64,000 nt of DNA, taken from Coprothermobacterota bacterium. Lineage in GTDB: Bacteria > Coprothermobacterota > Coprothermobacteria > Coprothermobacterales > Coprothermobacteraceae. The position numbers were made by a program, and so were the translations under genes. Location of the stretch: the NCBI GenBank assembly GCA_036679065.1, contig JAZIGN010000003.1, positions 416,001-480,000 of the forward strand, given 5' to 3'. A model generated the notes under the pieces. That model was not told the origin of the DNA, made no database searches, and was given only the letters and a program-made list of their open reading frames with translations. Each line of letters begins with the position of its first letter. The stretch's first letter is position 1. This document shows positions 18,650 through 29,003 of the stretch, in pieces.

Positions 18650-19726
18650 ATGTCAAAACCTTTAAGAGAGCCTCTCTTCAAGACCACGTCTTTCGTTTTC
18701 CACTCCTTCCGAGAAATGCAGGCAGCACTTTACGGTGACTCGAAAGATTATTTCTACGTTCGAGATGGTCACCCTACCCTGGAGGCACTGGAGCAGGTTC
18801 TACTAAGCTATGAACCAGCAGATTTTGCGTGGGTTTTCTCTAGTGGCATGTCGGCCATAAGTACTGGACTTTTCGCTTTGCTAAGCCAAGGCGACCACGT
18901 GGTTGTCCAAAAGGAAATCTATGGCCCTACGCGCCTATTGTTCGAAGAGTATTTGCCGAGTTTTGGTGTTTCATGCACATTCACGGACGTTAATGATGTA
19001 GACGCTCTCGAGGAGTCAATCACTCCAGATACAGAACTTATTTACTTAGAAATGCCTGCACCCTTTACGCTTACCTGCCCTCCCTTGGAGCAGATTAAGG
19101 GCTTAGCAGATAAGTATCAGGTTAGCGTTATGGTAGACAACAGTGCTGGGTTTGGTTATGAGAAAATTACCCCATTTGCTGATCTGGTTGCTATTTCATT
19201 GAGTAAATACCCGGCAGGGGATAGTGGGATCCTTGGTGGCGCTCTCCTGGGCTGTGAAGGATGGAAAGAGCCTGTGGAAATGGCACGTAGCACTTTAGGG
19301 GGTATCATGATGCCTTGGGATGCCAACGCCCTCATCGGGGAAATGGAAAGTATGCGGCAACAGTTGGAGGTAATTGGGTCTAATGTTTACCAGCTACAAA
19401 GCATGCTTAGTGCACACCCAATGCTGAAAGAAGTTTACTACCCACGGGACATTAATGGGAAGTCCGTTAAAATGGGCGGGTTTGTCACCCTGGAACTAAA
19501 CATAAGTCTCTTGGATATAGCACGTTTCATCGATAACCTAAGTTTGTTCCAAAAAGGCGTATTCTGGGGCGGAAGTATCCCTGTGGTCACTCCTCTTTTG
19601 GCATCCTACAGGGTGGAAGTGCTTGAAAGCTGGGGACTTAACCCCGGTTTGATCCGTTTTTACGTGGGCGTGGAGTCCCCAGATCGCCTTTATGCTGATA
19701 TAGTTAGTGCTTTAGGATCTCTATGA
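18650..19726 (+). CDS. PLP-dependent trans-sulfuration enzyme (Cys/Met metabolism family)
   Basis: YVRDGHPT, FSSGMSAI, VDNS, SLSKY, LIRFYVGVE. Confidence 0.85.
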   Translation: MSKPLREPLFKTTSFVFHSFREMQAALYGDSKDYFYVRDGHPTLEALEQVLLSYEPADFAWVFSSGMSAISTGLFALLSQGDHVVVQKEIYGPTRLLFEEYLPSFGVSCTFTDVNDVDALEESITPDTELIYLEMPAPFTLTCPPLEQIKGLADKYQVSVMVDNSAGFGYEKITPFADLVAISLSKYPAGDSGILGGALLGCEGWKEPVEMARSTLGGIMMPWDANALIGEMESMRQQLEVIGSNVYQLQSMLSAHPMLKEVYYPRDINGKSVKMGGFVTLELNISLLDIARFIDNLSLFQKGVFWGGSIPVVTPLLASYRVEVLESWGLNPGLIRFYVGVESPDRLYADIVSALGSL

Positions 19727-20311
19727 TGAAGTTTTTTGTTGTTGCTGCTTTGTTCCTGGTTTGACTAGAGGTATACCAGCTTTGCACAAAGGGCAGTTCT
19801 CTGGCTCATAGAGGGGTAGATCCAAGAATATAAGACTGTCATGTGGAACGGGCAGGGCTATTTCTCTCTGACGCTGAACTACGGCTAGTGCATAGTCAAC
19901 GAGGCCACCCATGTTTTCTACCAAGTTTATGAGCTCCAAAGTAGAACCGCCCGTGGTGAATACATCTTCTACTGTGAGGTAATGCCCGTTTTGTTGTATT
20001 TCAAACCCTCTTCTGAAGGTGAGCTTTCCGTCTTCCCTCTCGGCAAAGAGGAATGGTTTATCTAGCTGCCTTGCTACTTCGTAGCCAATGATTACTGCAC
20101 CTAGCGCAGGCGAGACTACGCCTGCAATGTTCTTTATGTCGCACTGCTCTTGCGCTTTACCAATAAGTTCTTTGGCTATGAACGCCGTGTCTTTAGGATA
20201 AACAAAAGCCCTTTGACACTGTACATAAATGTCAGAATGTTTGCCACTGGCAAGTAAAAAGTGCCCATGTAAAATAGCTCCACGTTTCTCAAGAATTTCC
20301 AAGACTGTCAT
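19721..20311 (-). CDS. pyrE: Orotate phosphoribosyltransferase
   Basis: GHFLLASGKHS, VEDVFTTGGS; ATGA overlap with the pyrF stop. Confidence 0.95.
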   Translation of the reverse strand: MTVLEILEKRGAILHGHFLLASGKHSDIYVQCQRAFVYPKDTAFIAKELIGKAQEQCDIKNIAGVVSPALGAVIIGYEVARQLDKPFLFAEREDGKLTFRRGFEIQQNGHYLTVEDVFTTGGSTLELINLVENMGGLVDYALAVVQRQREIALPVPHDSLIFLDLPLYEPENCPLCKAGIPLVKPGTKQQQQKTSS

Positions 20312-21015
20312 GGGAGTTGTTCCCACCTTTCTTGCAGAGTTCTTATAGCCTCTTGCGGATTTTGGGCTTCGGTTAAGGCCCTACCAATAATGATGAAATC
20401 AGATACTTTTACAGCTTCTTGCAAAGTGCCGGTACGTTTCTGGTCATGAGGTGAAAGCTGGTCAAAGCGTATACCTGGCGTGACTGTGAGAAATTCTTCG
20501 CCTAGTTTTTGTTTTATCCGTGGAGCCTCTTTTGTGGAACAAACAACACCGTCTAAGCCTGCGTTTTTAACAATGTGAGCCAAGGTCATTACAGTTTGCT
20601 CTATATTGGTAAGTCCAAGCATTTGCAGATCTTCTTCAGACAAGCTAGTGAGCAGGGTAACACCAATAGCTTTAATGGGTTTTTTGTAAAGATCGGCCAT
20701 CTCCATTAAGGCTTCTTTGAAAGCTGACAAAGTATCTCTACCGCTAAGTGCATGAACGTTTATCATGTCGATGGGATAGCGAGATAGTAGGGCTTTTGTG
20801 GCCTTGTAAACGGTATTGGGAATATCTGAGAGCTTCAGATCCAGAAAAATGTGTTTGCCGCGCTCAAACAGTTTAGCGATGGTGTAGTCACCCTGAGCGT
20901 AGAAGGCCTCCATGCCGACTTTGTACCAGTCGAAAAAGTGCTGTGTTTGCTCTATCCAGTAGTCAATGCACTCTCTTTTTTGAAAATCCAATGCCAGTAC
21001 CAAATTGGGTTTCAT
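20308..21015 (-). CDS. pyrF: Orotidine-5'-phosphate decarboxylase
   Basis: LALD, DLKLSDIPNT, TPGIR, DQKR. Confidence 0.95.
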   Translation of the reverse strand: MKPNLVLALDFQKRECIDYWIEQTQHFFDWYKVGMEAFYAQGDYTIAKLFERGKHIFLDLKLSDIPNTVYKATKALLSRYPIDMINVHALSGRDTLSAFKEALMEMADLYKKPIKAIGVTLLTSLSEEDLQMLGLTNIEQTVMTLAHIVKNAGLDGVVCSTKEAPRIKQKLGEEFLTVTPGIRFDQLSPHDQKRTGTLQEAVKVSDFIIIGRALTEAQNPQEAIRTLQERWEQLP

Positions 21016-21021
21016 ATGCTG

Positions 21022-21846
21022 TTACACCTCCTTAAGAAGCGTTTCTATGAAAGCAGGATTCCACAGATTTCCCGTACCAATCTCAAGTGCTCTGGCACCT
21101 GCCATTATGAACTTCTTTGCGATATCGGTAGTAGCAATGCCTCCTGAAGCAACTAGGGTGTGTGCCTTTGAGTATTTGTAAATGCTATTGAGGACGATGG
21201 GGTATATGGCAGGGCCACTTAGTCCACCGCTTACTGCGCCCAGAACGGGTTTGCCTGAGCGGGGGTCGATGTCCATGGCGGGAAATGTATTAAAGAGCAC
21301 AAACGCTTCTACCTTGCTTTCCCAGTGCTGCAGAATCTTATCTAACTGTTCTGTGAAGGGTGATAGTTTGACTAAAAGCGGCTTTGTTGTGCTTTTCAAG
21401 GATGCTTCCAGTATGTTGGATACGGTAACGTAATCCTTGCCGACCACTTCTCCTCCCGTTTTCACGTTTGGACAAGAAAGGTTGAGCTCAAACGCGTCAA
21501 TAAGGTCATAGGTGTTCAGTTCCTCAACTATGGTGGCAAAGTCTTCGGGTGATTCACCACCCACGGACACAATCAGGGTAGTGGGCTTCTTGAAATCTGT
21601 GAGAAACTGTTTAAAGGCTTCCAAACCCATGTTCTGCAAGCCTATGCTATTAACGAGACCAGCTGGCGTTTCCACCAATCGCGGAGGCCTGTTTCCTTGA
21701 CGCGGCAGCAGGGTTATGGTTTTGGTCACTGCAGCACCAAACTTGTCTAGCGGTATGAGATCGGCGTCCGCGTAGCCGCACGTTCCTGAGCTCGCTATGA
21801 AAGGATTTTTCAAGGTAAGCTTCTTTAAACTCACAGCTCCTGCCAT
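21022..21846 (-). CDS. pyrD: Dihydroorotate dehydrogenase, class 1B catalytic subunit
   Basis: NSIGLQN, ELNLSCPN, VKLSP, GGLSG. Confidence 0.95.
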   Translation of the reverse strand: MAGAVSLKKLTLKNPFIASSGTCGYADADLIPLDKFGAAVTKTITLLPRQGNRPPRLVETPAGLVNSIGLQNMGLEAFKQFLTDFKKPTTLIVSVGGESPEDFATIVEELNTYDLIDAFELNLSCPNVKTGGEVVGKDYVTVSNILEASLKSTTKPLLVKLSPFTEQLDKILQHWESKVEAFVLFNTFPAMDIDPRSGKPVLGAVSGGLSGPAIYPIVLNSIYKYSKAHTLVASGGIATTDIAKKFIMAGARALEIGTGNLWNPAFIETLLKEV

Positions 21847-22514
21847 AACAGTTCACCTGCCTCGAAGACGGGTCCTTCTTTACAAACCCTTTGGTATCCA
21901 GATGTGGTGGGAATTACGCAGCCGTAACAAGCTCCGAAACCACACGACATGCGTTCTTCCAAGGAAACAAAGCCATTTGTGCCCCATTTACTGTGTAGCC
22001 CTTTAAGCATGGGCTTTGGGCCACAAGCACAATAGAACTGTGCTTCTTTGGGTAGAAGATCTGTGACTAGAGTGGGTTCCACCGAGACCTTATTTGGTTT
22101 TACTGGTAAGTAATCTAGCAAGGTTAGATTTTCTGCCTTGCTTTCACCGTGCAACCACGTAAAGGGCAAGTTTTGCTCTGTAAGCTTCTCTGCGAGGAAG
22201 CATATGGGTGCTATGCCGGCGCCCCCACTTATGAGAAAAGTATTGGTTACCACGGCAGGGAAAGGCTTTCCGTAAGGGCCCTCAACCCTGACTTCATCAG
22301 GAATACTACTAGTGAAGGGCCCAACTTTCTTTATGATGAAGAAGAGGCGGTTTTCCTTAAGAAATGCTACAGAGAAGGGTTTTTTCACATATTCTTTGTA
22401 GAACATGTAAAACTGCCCCGGTTGCGGAAGGTTTTCTTCTGCAACCGGCCCGAAAAAAACAACTACATAATGCCCCAGATCGGTTTTTTCCAACTTAAAG
22501 GTTTCATTGAGCAT
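21831..22514 (-). CDS. pyrK: Dihydroorotate dehydrogenase electron-transfer subunit
   Basis: GGAGIAP, CGPKPM, ERMSCGFGACYGC...CKEGPVF [2Fe-2S] motif. Confidence 0.93.
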   Translation of the reverse strand: MLNETFKLEKTDLGHYVVVFFGPVAEENLPQPGQFYMFYKEYVKKPFSVAFLKENRLFFIIKKVGPFTSSIPDEVRVEGPYGKPFPAVVTNTFLISGGAGIAPICFLAEKLTEQNLPFTWLHGESKAENLTLLDYLPVKPNKVSVEPTLVTDLLPKEAQFYCACGPKPMLKGLHSKWGTNGFVSLEERMSCGFGACYGCVIPTTSGYQRVCKEGPVFEAGELLWQEL

Positions 22515-23742
22515 GTTTGTACACCATCGTGCCGTCTAGCATCAAGCCCATGATCTTTGCAGAGGAATCTTTTCCCACATAGGGATTATTCTTTGCCCCC
22601 ATGCGGCTGGTTATGACATGAGGCTCGTTTTCTTTTATGAAGACTAAATTGGCATTATTGCCCACCGCTATGCCATGCTTCATACCAAGAATCTGAGCTG
22701 GTCTTGTACTCAAGGCACTGAGCAGTATTTCCAGGGGCACAAGATTTGTTTTTACTAATCCTTCATAAAGAGCTTCAAAGGCTGTGTCAATGCTGGCGAT
22801 ACCATAAGGCGCATCTTCCCATTCTTGGTCTTTTTCGGGTTCGGAGTGAGGGGCGTGGTCTGTGGCAATGGCTGCTATTTCAGCACTTCTTAATGCATGA
22901 ATGAGTGCTTTCCTGTCTCTGTCATCGCCGAAAGGTGGGTTGGCTTTTAGCTTGGTTTCATATTCGAGGTAAGCGGTGTCGTCGAATAGCAGATGGTGTG
23001 GTGTAACATCAGCTGTAATATGGCTGCCCAGGTGCTTAAGAAAACTTATGGTATCTAGTCCCATAACGGTTGACAAGTGTGTTATGTGTAGTTTTGCTCC
23101 CACCGTCAGGTTTAGTGTACCGTCTCTGTAGACTGCGTGCGCTTCAGCTGCTTTGGGAAATCCTTTTAATCCTGTTTGAAAGCTTACTTGACCTTCGTAA
23201 ATGCGTCCCGACTTGAAAAGTACCGTGTCTTGAGCATGGTCTATGACCAAAAGATCGTGCCTTTTAGCGTACTTAAGTGCTTGATAGAAGATAAAGCTAT
23301 TTTCGGTCCAATTTCCGTCGTCACTGATGGCAATTGCACCAGCTTCTGCCATGTTTTCTATTTCTGCAAGTAAGCCATCGCAGGTTATGGCACCTGTGAC
23401 CATGATGGAGAAACCTTCCGGTTTTTTTAGCTCTTTTATGTATTCAACCATGGGAGCGGTGTTTACGGGTGGAACAGTGTTCGGCATCACATTTATGGCG
23501 CAGTAACCACCTCTAATTGCTTTCTCTACGGTAATTTGCGGGTCTTCTTTGTACTCCTGCCCTATTCTTAGGTGGGTATGCAGATCCACAAATGCTGGAG
23601 AAACAATCATCCCGTTGCAATCATGCACTTCATCGTCACCTACAAGATTTACTCCGATCTCAGCAATTGTGCCGTTTTCTATTCTTAGGTCCATTTTTTG
23701 AAATTCGTCGTCCACAAAAGCAGTGCAGTTTTTAATGATCAT
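22504..23742 (-). CDS. pyrC: Dihydroorotase
   Basis: DLHTHLR, MPNT, TPHHL, ATDHAPH. Confidence 0.95.
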   Translation of the reverse strand: MIIKNCTAFVDDEFQKMDLRIENGTIAEIGVNLVGDDEVHDCNGMIVSPAFVDLHTHLRIGQEYKEDPQITVEKAIRGGYCAINVMPNTVPPVNTAPMVEYIKELKKPEGFSIMVTGAITCDGLLAEIENMAEAGAIAISDDGNWTENSFIFYQALKYAKRHDLLVIDHAQDTVLFKSGRIYEGQVSFQTGLKGFPKAAEAHAVYRDGTLNLTVGAKLHITHLSTVMGLDTISFLKHLGSHITADVTPHHLLFDDTAYLEYETKLKANPPFGDDRDRKALIHALRSAEIAAIATDHAPHSEPEKDQEWEDAPYGIASIDTAFEALYEGLVKTNLVPLEILLSALSTRPAQILGMKHGIAVGNNANLVFIKENEPHVITSRMGAKNNPYVGKDSSAKIMGLMLDGTMVYKHAQ

Positions 23743-24650
23743 TCCTCCCTACCTCCCATCAGCGTATAGTAAATTGCCATTCTTACGGCAACACCGTTGG
23801 ACACTTGTTCTTGTATGGCACTCTTGTCGCAGTAAGCTACTTCTTCATCGATTTCCACCCCTCTATTCATGGGCCCTGGGTGGAGTACAAGTAGGTCTTC
23901 TTTTGCTTTTGTCATTCTCTCTTTGGTAAGGCCGTAGAACCGATGGTATTCCTGGAGAGACGTTATGAGCCCAGCTTCCTGACGTTCCAGCTGCAGCCTA
24001 AGCACGTTAACAACATCTGCTTTCTTGATCGCCTTGTCCAAATCGTATTCTACCTGGGCATAGTTCTTAACTTCCTCTGGAATCAGAGTAGGGGGGCCTG
24101 AAACAATGATCTCTGCTCCTAACTTACTCAAGCCATAGATATTGGATTTTGCTACTCTGCTGTGCATGATATCCCCCACTATGAGTACTTTTAAGCCTTC
24201 TATGCGTCCTTTGTATTGCTGAATGGTGAACAAATCCAAAAGTGCTTGGCTGGGATGTTCATGCTGCCCATCACCTGCGTTAATAATAGAAGCCTTTGAA
24301 AAGCTGGACAAGTAAGCTGGCACACCGTTCCTACTATGCCTTATGACGATGGCTTCAATGCCCATAGCCTCCAACGTGAGCACAGTGTCTTTAAGGCTTT
24401 CTCCCTTTTTAACGGAACTGGTAGCCACACTGACGCTGACTACGTCAGCACTTAAAAGCTTTGCTGCCAGTTCAAAGGAGTTCTTGGTTCTGGTGGAAGG
24501 CTCATAGAACAAAGTGCCAATTATTTTTCCTCGAAGAGTGGGGACCTTTTTAACTTCTCTTAGAATAATGTCTTTCATGGGAGCTGCCAGATGCAGTATG
24601 GACAAAATCTCGTCGCGGGAAAGCTTTTCTAACCCTAAAAGATGTTTCAT
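23739..24650 (-). CDS. pyrB: Aspartate carbamoyltransferase catalytic subunit
   Basis: [26 protein letters not shown]. Confidence 0.97.
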   Translation of the reverse strand: MKHLLGLEKLSRDEILSILHLAAPMKDIILREVKKVPTLRGKIIGTLFYEPSTRTKNSFELAAKLLSADVVSVSVATSSVKKGESLKDTVLTLEAMGIEAIVIRHSRNGVPAYLSSFSKASIINAGDGQHEHPSQALLDLFTIQQYKGRIEGLKVLIVGDIMHSRVAKSNIYGLSKLGAEIIVSGPPTLIPEEVKNYAQVEYDLDKAIKKADVVNVLRLQLERQEAGLITSLQEYHRFYGLTKERMTKAKEDLLVLHPGPMNRGVEIDEEVAYCDKSAIQEQVSNGVAVRMAIYYTLMGGREE

Positions 24651-24675
24651 ATTTGTTGCACCCCTTTCTTTGGCA

Positions 24676-24709
24676 CCCTTTTCAGCCTCACGGGACTGAC
24701 TTTAAAGGG
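24676..24709 (-). promoter_or_regulatory. PyrR-binding RNA stem-loop upstream of pyrB
   Basis: Minus strand CCCTTT-AAAG-TCAG-TCCCGTGAGG-CTGA-AAAGGG matches the PyrR binding-loop consensus (CUUUAA...AGUCCnGnGAGGCU). Confidence 0.9.
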
Positions 24710-24740
24710 ACATGGGTGCCCAATGTTGTTGTTCTGCTTG

Positions 24741-25385
<645 letters not shown>

Positions 25386-25512
25386 CTTTGCTAGGACAAT
25401 TATAGCATAAGGCATTTGATCATTAAGGGATTTGGTGAGAAGAGAACATATTATGCACCAGCCGGTGTAGAAAACCATACAAAAGTTTGTTAAATGCACT
25501 TAACATTGTATG

Positions 25513-25541
25513 TTGTCATAAGGCATAAATTTTGGCATAAT
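25513..25541 (+). promoter_or_regulatory. Sigma70-type promoter with no downstream CDS on this strand
   Basis: TTGTCA-17 nt-CATAAT with extended TG. Confidence 0.65.
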
Positions 25542-25546
25542 ACATA

Positions 25547-25654
25547 TCGAAAAGAACACCTTACACCTCCCTATCCACCCTTCGGGGCTAACCCCAAGCC
25601 CTCGAAGCTTGAGAAAGGTAAGGGCCCTGTGAAAGCAGGGCCCTTTTGTTTTTT
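25547..25654 (+). ncRNA. Candidate small RNA (~105 nt) with C-rich anti-SD motif
   Basis: Lies between a promoter and a plus-strand terminator; internal hairpins; no Rfam family recognised. Confidence 0.55.
25620..25654 (+). terminator. Intrinsic terminator
   Basis: AAGGGCCCTG-TGAAAG-CAGGGCCCTT followed by TTGTTTTTT. Confidence 0.85.
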
Positions 25655-25681
25655 ACTTACAAGAACTTATTTTATTAGACT

Positions 25682-26593
25682 TTACTGGCTCTGGAAATTT
25701 GCTACTTGAACAGCCAAAGCAATGGAATACAGTTTGCTTTCGGCTGTGTCTGCACGGCTAGTTAAAACTACGGGCGCCTTGGCTCCCACCACAATGCCTG
25801 CCATGCTGGCTCCCGCGGCATAAGTAAATGATTTATAGAGGATATTGCCCGCTTCAATATCAGGTACCAGTAAAATGTCGGCAGCACCAGCTACTGGTGA
25901 TTTGATACCTTTATGTTCGGCTGCTTCCTTTGAAATGGCGTTATCAAAAGCCAAAGGACCATCTACGATGCAATTCTTTATCTGGCCTCTTTCACTCATT
26001 TTTGCCAAAATAGCGGCTTCCACACTGGAAACCATGTCTGGATTGACCGTCTCTACTGCTGACAAAGCTGCTACTTTTGGCATCTCAATTCCCAATGCAC
26101 GAGCTACCACGACAGCATTCTCTATGATGGACACTTTTTGCTGGAGATCTGGTGCAATGATCATAGCTGCATCAGTTAAGATGATAAATCTATCAAATGC
26201 AGGAACTTGAAATACTCCCACGTGGCTAAGCAAACTCTTGTCTTTTCTCAACCCAATTTCCTTGTCTAAAATGGCTCTGAGGTAGTCAGCTGTGTGAATT
26301 AAGCCCTTCATTACAACCTGCGCTTTTCCGCTGCTCACCAGTGATACAGCTGCTCTGGGTGCGTTCTCAAGCTCGGGTTCATCGATGATCTCAACCTTAT
26401 TCATGTCCACATTTAGCTGCTGACATTTCTCCTGAATTTCTTTGGCATCGCCTACCAAATAAAACTGGGCAATGCCCTTTTCTGTTGCCATTTTTACTGT
26501 TTCAATGACTTCCATGTCGTTGGCTTGGGCCACTGCGACTTTCACGGGGTTTGCCTTCTTTACGGACTCCAATAGCTCGTCGAAATTCTTCAA
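25682..26593 (-). CDS. ptb: Phosphate butyryltransferase (phosphate acyltransferase family)
   Basis: VMKGLIHT, TDAAM, DGPLAFDNA, PDIEAGN, LTSRAD; TTG start after AGGAGG. Confidence 0.9.
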   Translation of the reverse strand: MKNFDELLESVKKANPVKVAVAQANDMEVIETVKMATEKGIAQFYLVGDAKEIQEKCQQLNVDMNKVEIIDEPELENAPRAAVSLVSSGKAQVVMKGLIHTADYLRAILDKEIGLRKDKSLLSHVGVFQVPAFDRFIILTDAAMIIAPDLQQKVSIIENAVVVARALGIEMPKVAALSAVETVNPDMVSSVEAAILAKMSERGQIKNCIVDGPLAFDNAISKEAAEHKGIKSPVAGAADILLVPDIEAGNILYKSFTYAAGASMAGIVVGAKAPVVLTSRADTAESKLYSIALAVQVANFQSQ

Positions 26594-26769
26594 CGGGCTC
26601 ACCTCCTAAGTGTGTGTTTTTAGGTTTTCCTATTGCGATGTAACGTACACTTTCTTCTTTCATTATTATAAGCCTTGATTGAGCTGTACTTCTCTGACAG
26701 AAAGCGTGGCATTATACTGATAAGTACGAAGTGCGCAGGCAAGGGCATTTATAAAAGGGAGGTGCACCT

Positions 26770-27543
26770 GTGAAAGTCGGATATGTGCAGTTTAGACCAA
26801 AGTTTGGTGATAAAGAATATAACGTTTCTAAAATGATCGATATGGCTTCAACGTTGGATGCCGAAGTTATCGTGTTTCCAGAGCTTGCAAATACTGGTTA
26901 TGTGTTCAAAAGCAAGGAAGAGATAGTCACTTTAGCCGAACCTTATGACGGTCCTTCAATTAAGAGAATGCAGGAGTTTTCCAAGAGAAAGGGAGCGCTA
27001 CTAGCTTTTGGTTTTGCTGAGCGCTTTGGAGATGTTTTTTACAATTCTGCAGCTGTGGTCACTCCTGAAGGTGAGGTAAAGATCTATCGGAAGGTGCACT
27101 TATTTAATGAAGAAAAGCTTTATTTCAATAGGGGCGATAAGTTCTTCACTTTTACTTGGCACGACACGGTATTTGGGGTCATGATCTGCTTCGACTGGAT
27201 TTTTCCTGAAGCTATGCGTAGCTTGGCTCTCATGGGAGCCCAGATTGTGCTTCATCCAGCTAATCTTGTTTTGCCTTATTGCCAGGATGCCATGGTTACT
27301 CGGTGTATCGAGAATAGGGTGTTCGAGATAACAGCCAACAGAATAGGTGTAGAGCGAGGCCTCAAGTTTACAGGGGCTAGTCAAATTACTGCGCCTGGAG
27401 GTATAGTTCTACACAGAGCTACGAAAACTAAGGAGGAAGCACTGGCGGTTGACATTGATCCTGGATTGGCTTTGCAGAAAAGTATAAACAGTTACAACGA
27501 CCTTTTCAAGGATAGGCTTCCTAGTGCTTATGAGCTTTCGTAG
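26770..27543 (+). CDS. Nitrilase / carbon-nitrogen hydrolase family protein
   Basis: FPELANTGY, YRKVHL, ICFDWIFPE. Confidence 0.92.
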   Translation: MKVGYVQFRPKFGDKEYNVSKMIDMASTLDAEVIVFPELANTGYVFKSKEEIVTLAEPYDGPSIKRMQEFSKRKGALLAFGFAERFGDVFYNSAAVVTPEGEVKIYRKVHLFNEEKLYFNRGDKFFTFTWHDTVFGVMICFDWIFPEAMRSLALMGAQIVLHPANLVLPYCQDAMVTRCIENRVFEITANRIGVERGLKFTGASQITAPGGIVLHRATKTKEEALAVDIDPGLALQKSINSYNDLFKDRLPSAYELS

Positions 27544-27569
27544 TTTATTAGAGTACTTTATTAGAGTAC
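27544..27569. repeat. Perfect 13-bp tandem duplication
   Basis: TTTATTAGAGTAC twice. Confidence 0.9.
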
Positions 27570-27591
27570 TGTGATAAGGAGCGTGAAAACA

Positions 27592-28986
27592 TTGAAGGTA
27601 CTGCTAATAGGGGCTGAGTGTGCACCATTTGTGAAAGTTGGGGGCCTAGCCGACGTGTTGGGTGCTTTGCCCAAATACATAAGTCGCCAAGGTGTGAATG
27701 CCGCTACTGTTGTACCCCTTTACCAGAGCATCGATAGAGAGCATTTCGTTTTAGAAGAAGAGACAGCCCTGAACGTGGAGACAGGTGTTGGTCCGATGCT
27801 TTTTAGAGTTTTCAAATGTGTAGACAAAGATGGCATTTTGCACTATTTTCTTGAGCAGGAAAAGTATTTCTCCAGAAGCAATATCTATGGAGAGAAAGAC
27901 GACGCAGAACGGTTTTTCGCATTTAGTATGGGCACTTTGGAACTTGCGAAACGTGAGAAATTTGATATTCTTCATGCTAATGACTGGCACACTGCCTTAG
28001 TGCCTGTGTTGGTACGACAGGATGGACTTCCTTTTAAAACCGTATTCACCATACATAACCTTGCCTACCAAGGTTTATGTAGTCGGTCGCTTTCGGGTTT
28101 TCTGAAATTGACACCTGACATGGATGCCCTGATAAGACAAGATGACAACACGATGAACCCCATGAAAGGTGGCATCTTATGTGCCGACTATGTTACCACT
28201 GTTAGTCCCACGTATGCGAAGGAAGTACTAACACCAGAATACGGCGTGGGATTAGAGAACGTGCTCGTCCAAAGAAAAGACAGGCTCATAGGTATTCTCA
28301 ACGGCATCGATGTGGAGCTTTATAACCCGGCTACCGACCCACACATTTATGTAAACTTTACTAACGAGTGGGAGAAAAAACTTGCAAATACAAAAGCTCT
28401 CAGGAAAGAACTGAATTTGGAAAATGGACCGTATCCAGTGATTGGTTTAGTTAGTAGGTTTGTGGAGCAAAAGGGAATTGATTTGGTAGCTGAAGCCTTA
28501 GACTCCATCGTGGAGCTGGGTGCGCAGCTTGTTGCTCTAGGTACGGGTGATAAGAAATACGAAGAATTACTCTTTAAAAAAGCCGGTAAGTACCCCAACA
28601 TGGTCTCAGTAAACATAACCTTCGATCCTGTGTTGGCTCAGCGAATCTATGCTGGTAGCACACATTTTCTTATGCCTTCCAGGTTTGAACCCTGCGGTCT
28701 TGGGCAGATGATAGCGCTAAGATATGGCAGTATTCCCATAGTAAGGCGTACAGGTGGGTTGGCAGACACGGTATTTGATGCTGAAAAAGAACCAAACGGC
28801 AACGGTTTTGTGTTTGACGAGCCTACTGTTGATGGTTTGCTAGGGGCTGTTAAGAGAGCAGTTGCTTATTACAAGGATGACCAAATGCACAAGAGCCTTT
28901 TCAACAGAGCCATAGCTTCTGATGTCTCTTGGGATAGTTCTGCTAAAGCGTACGTGAAACTTTATGAGAAAGCTCTTATCAGTTGA
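27592..28986 (+). CDS. glgA: Glycogen synthase
   Basis: KVGGLADV, HANDWHT, TIHNLAYQG, MPSRFEPCGLGQ; TTG start after AAGGAG. Confidence 0.96.
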   Translation: MKVLLIGAECAPFVKVGGLADVLGALPKYISRQGVNAATVVPLYQSIDREHFVLEEETALNVETGVGPMLFRVFKCVDKDGILHYFLEQEKYFSRSNIYGEKDDAERFFAFSMGTLELAKREKFDILHANDWHTALVPVLVRQDGLPFKTVFTIHNLAYQGLCSRSLSGFLKLTPDMDALIRQDDNTMNPMKGGILCADYVTTVSPTYAKEVLTPEYGVGLENVLVQRKDRLIGILNGIDVELYNPATDPHIYVNFTNEWEKKLANTKALRKELNLENGPYPVIGLVSRFVEQKGIDLVAEALDSIVELGAQLVALGTGDKKYEELLFKKAGKYPNMVSVNITFDPVLAQRIYAGSTHFLMPSRFEPCGLGQMIALRYGSIPIVRRTGGLADTVFDAEKEPNGNGFVFDEPTVDGLLGAVKRAVAYYKDDQMHKSLFNRAIASDVSWDSSAKAYVKLYEKALIS

Positions 28987-29003
28987 AACCGAGGGCGTAA
29001 TAC

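Noticed and set aside
25494..25709. 71-aa plus-strand ORF, and a 19-codon minus-strand ORF after GGGAGGTG as a possible type I toxin
   Set aside because: The plus ORF has no SD and runs through a promoter and terminator. The minus peptide (VFFSICIMPKFMPYDNIQC) has poor SD spacing and no toxin-like TM helix.
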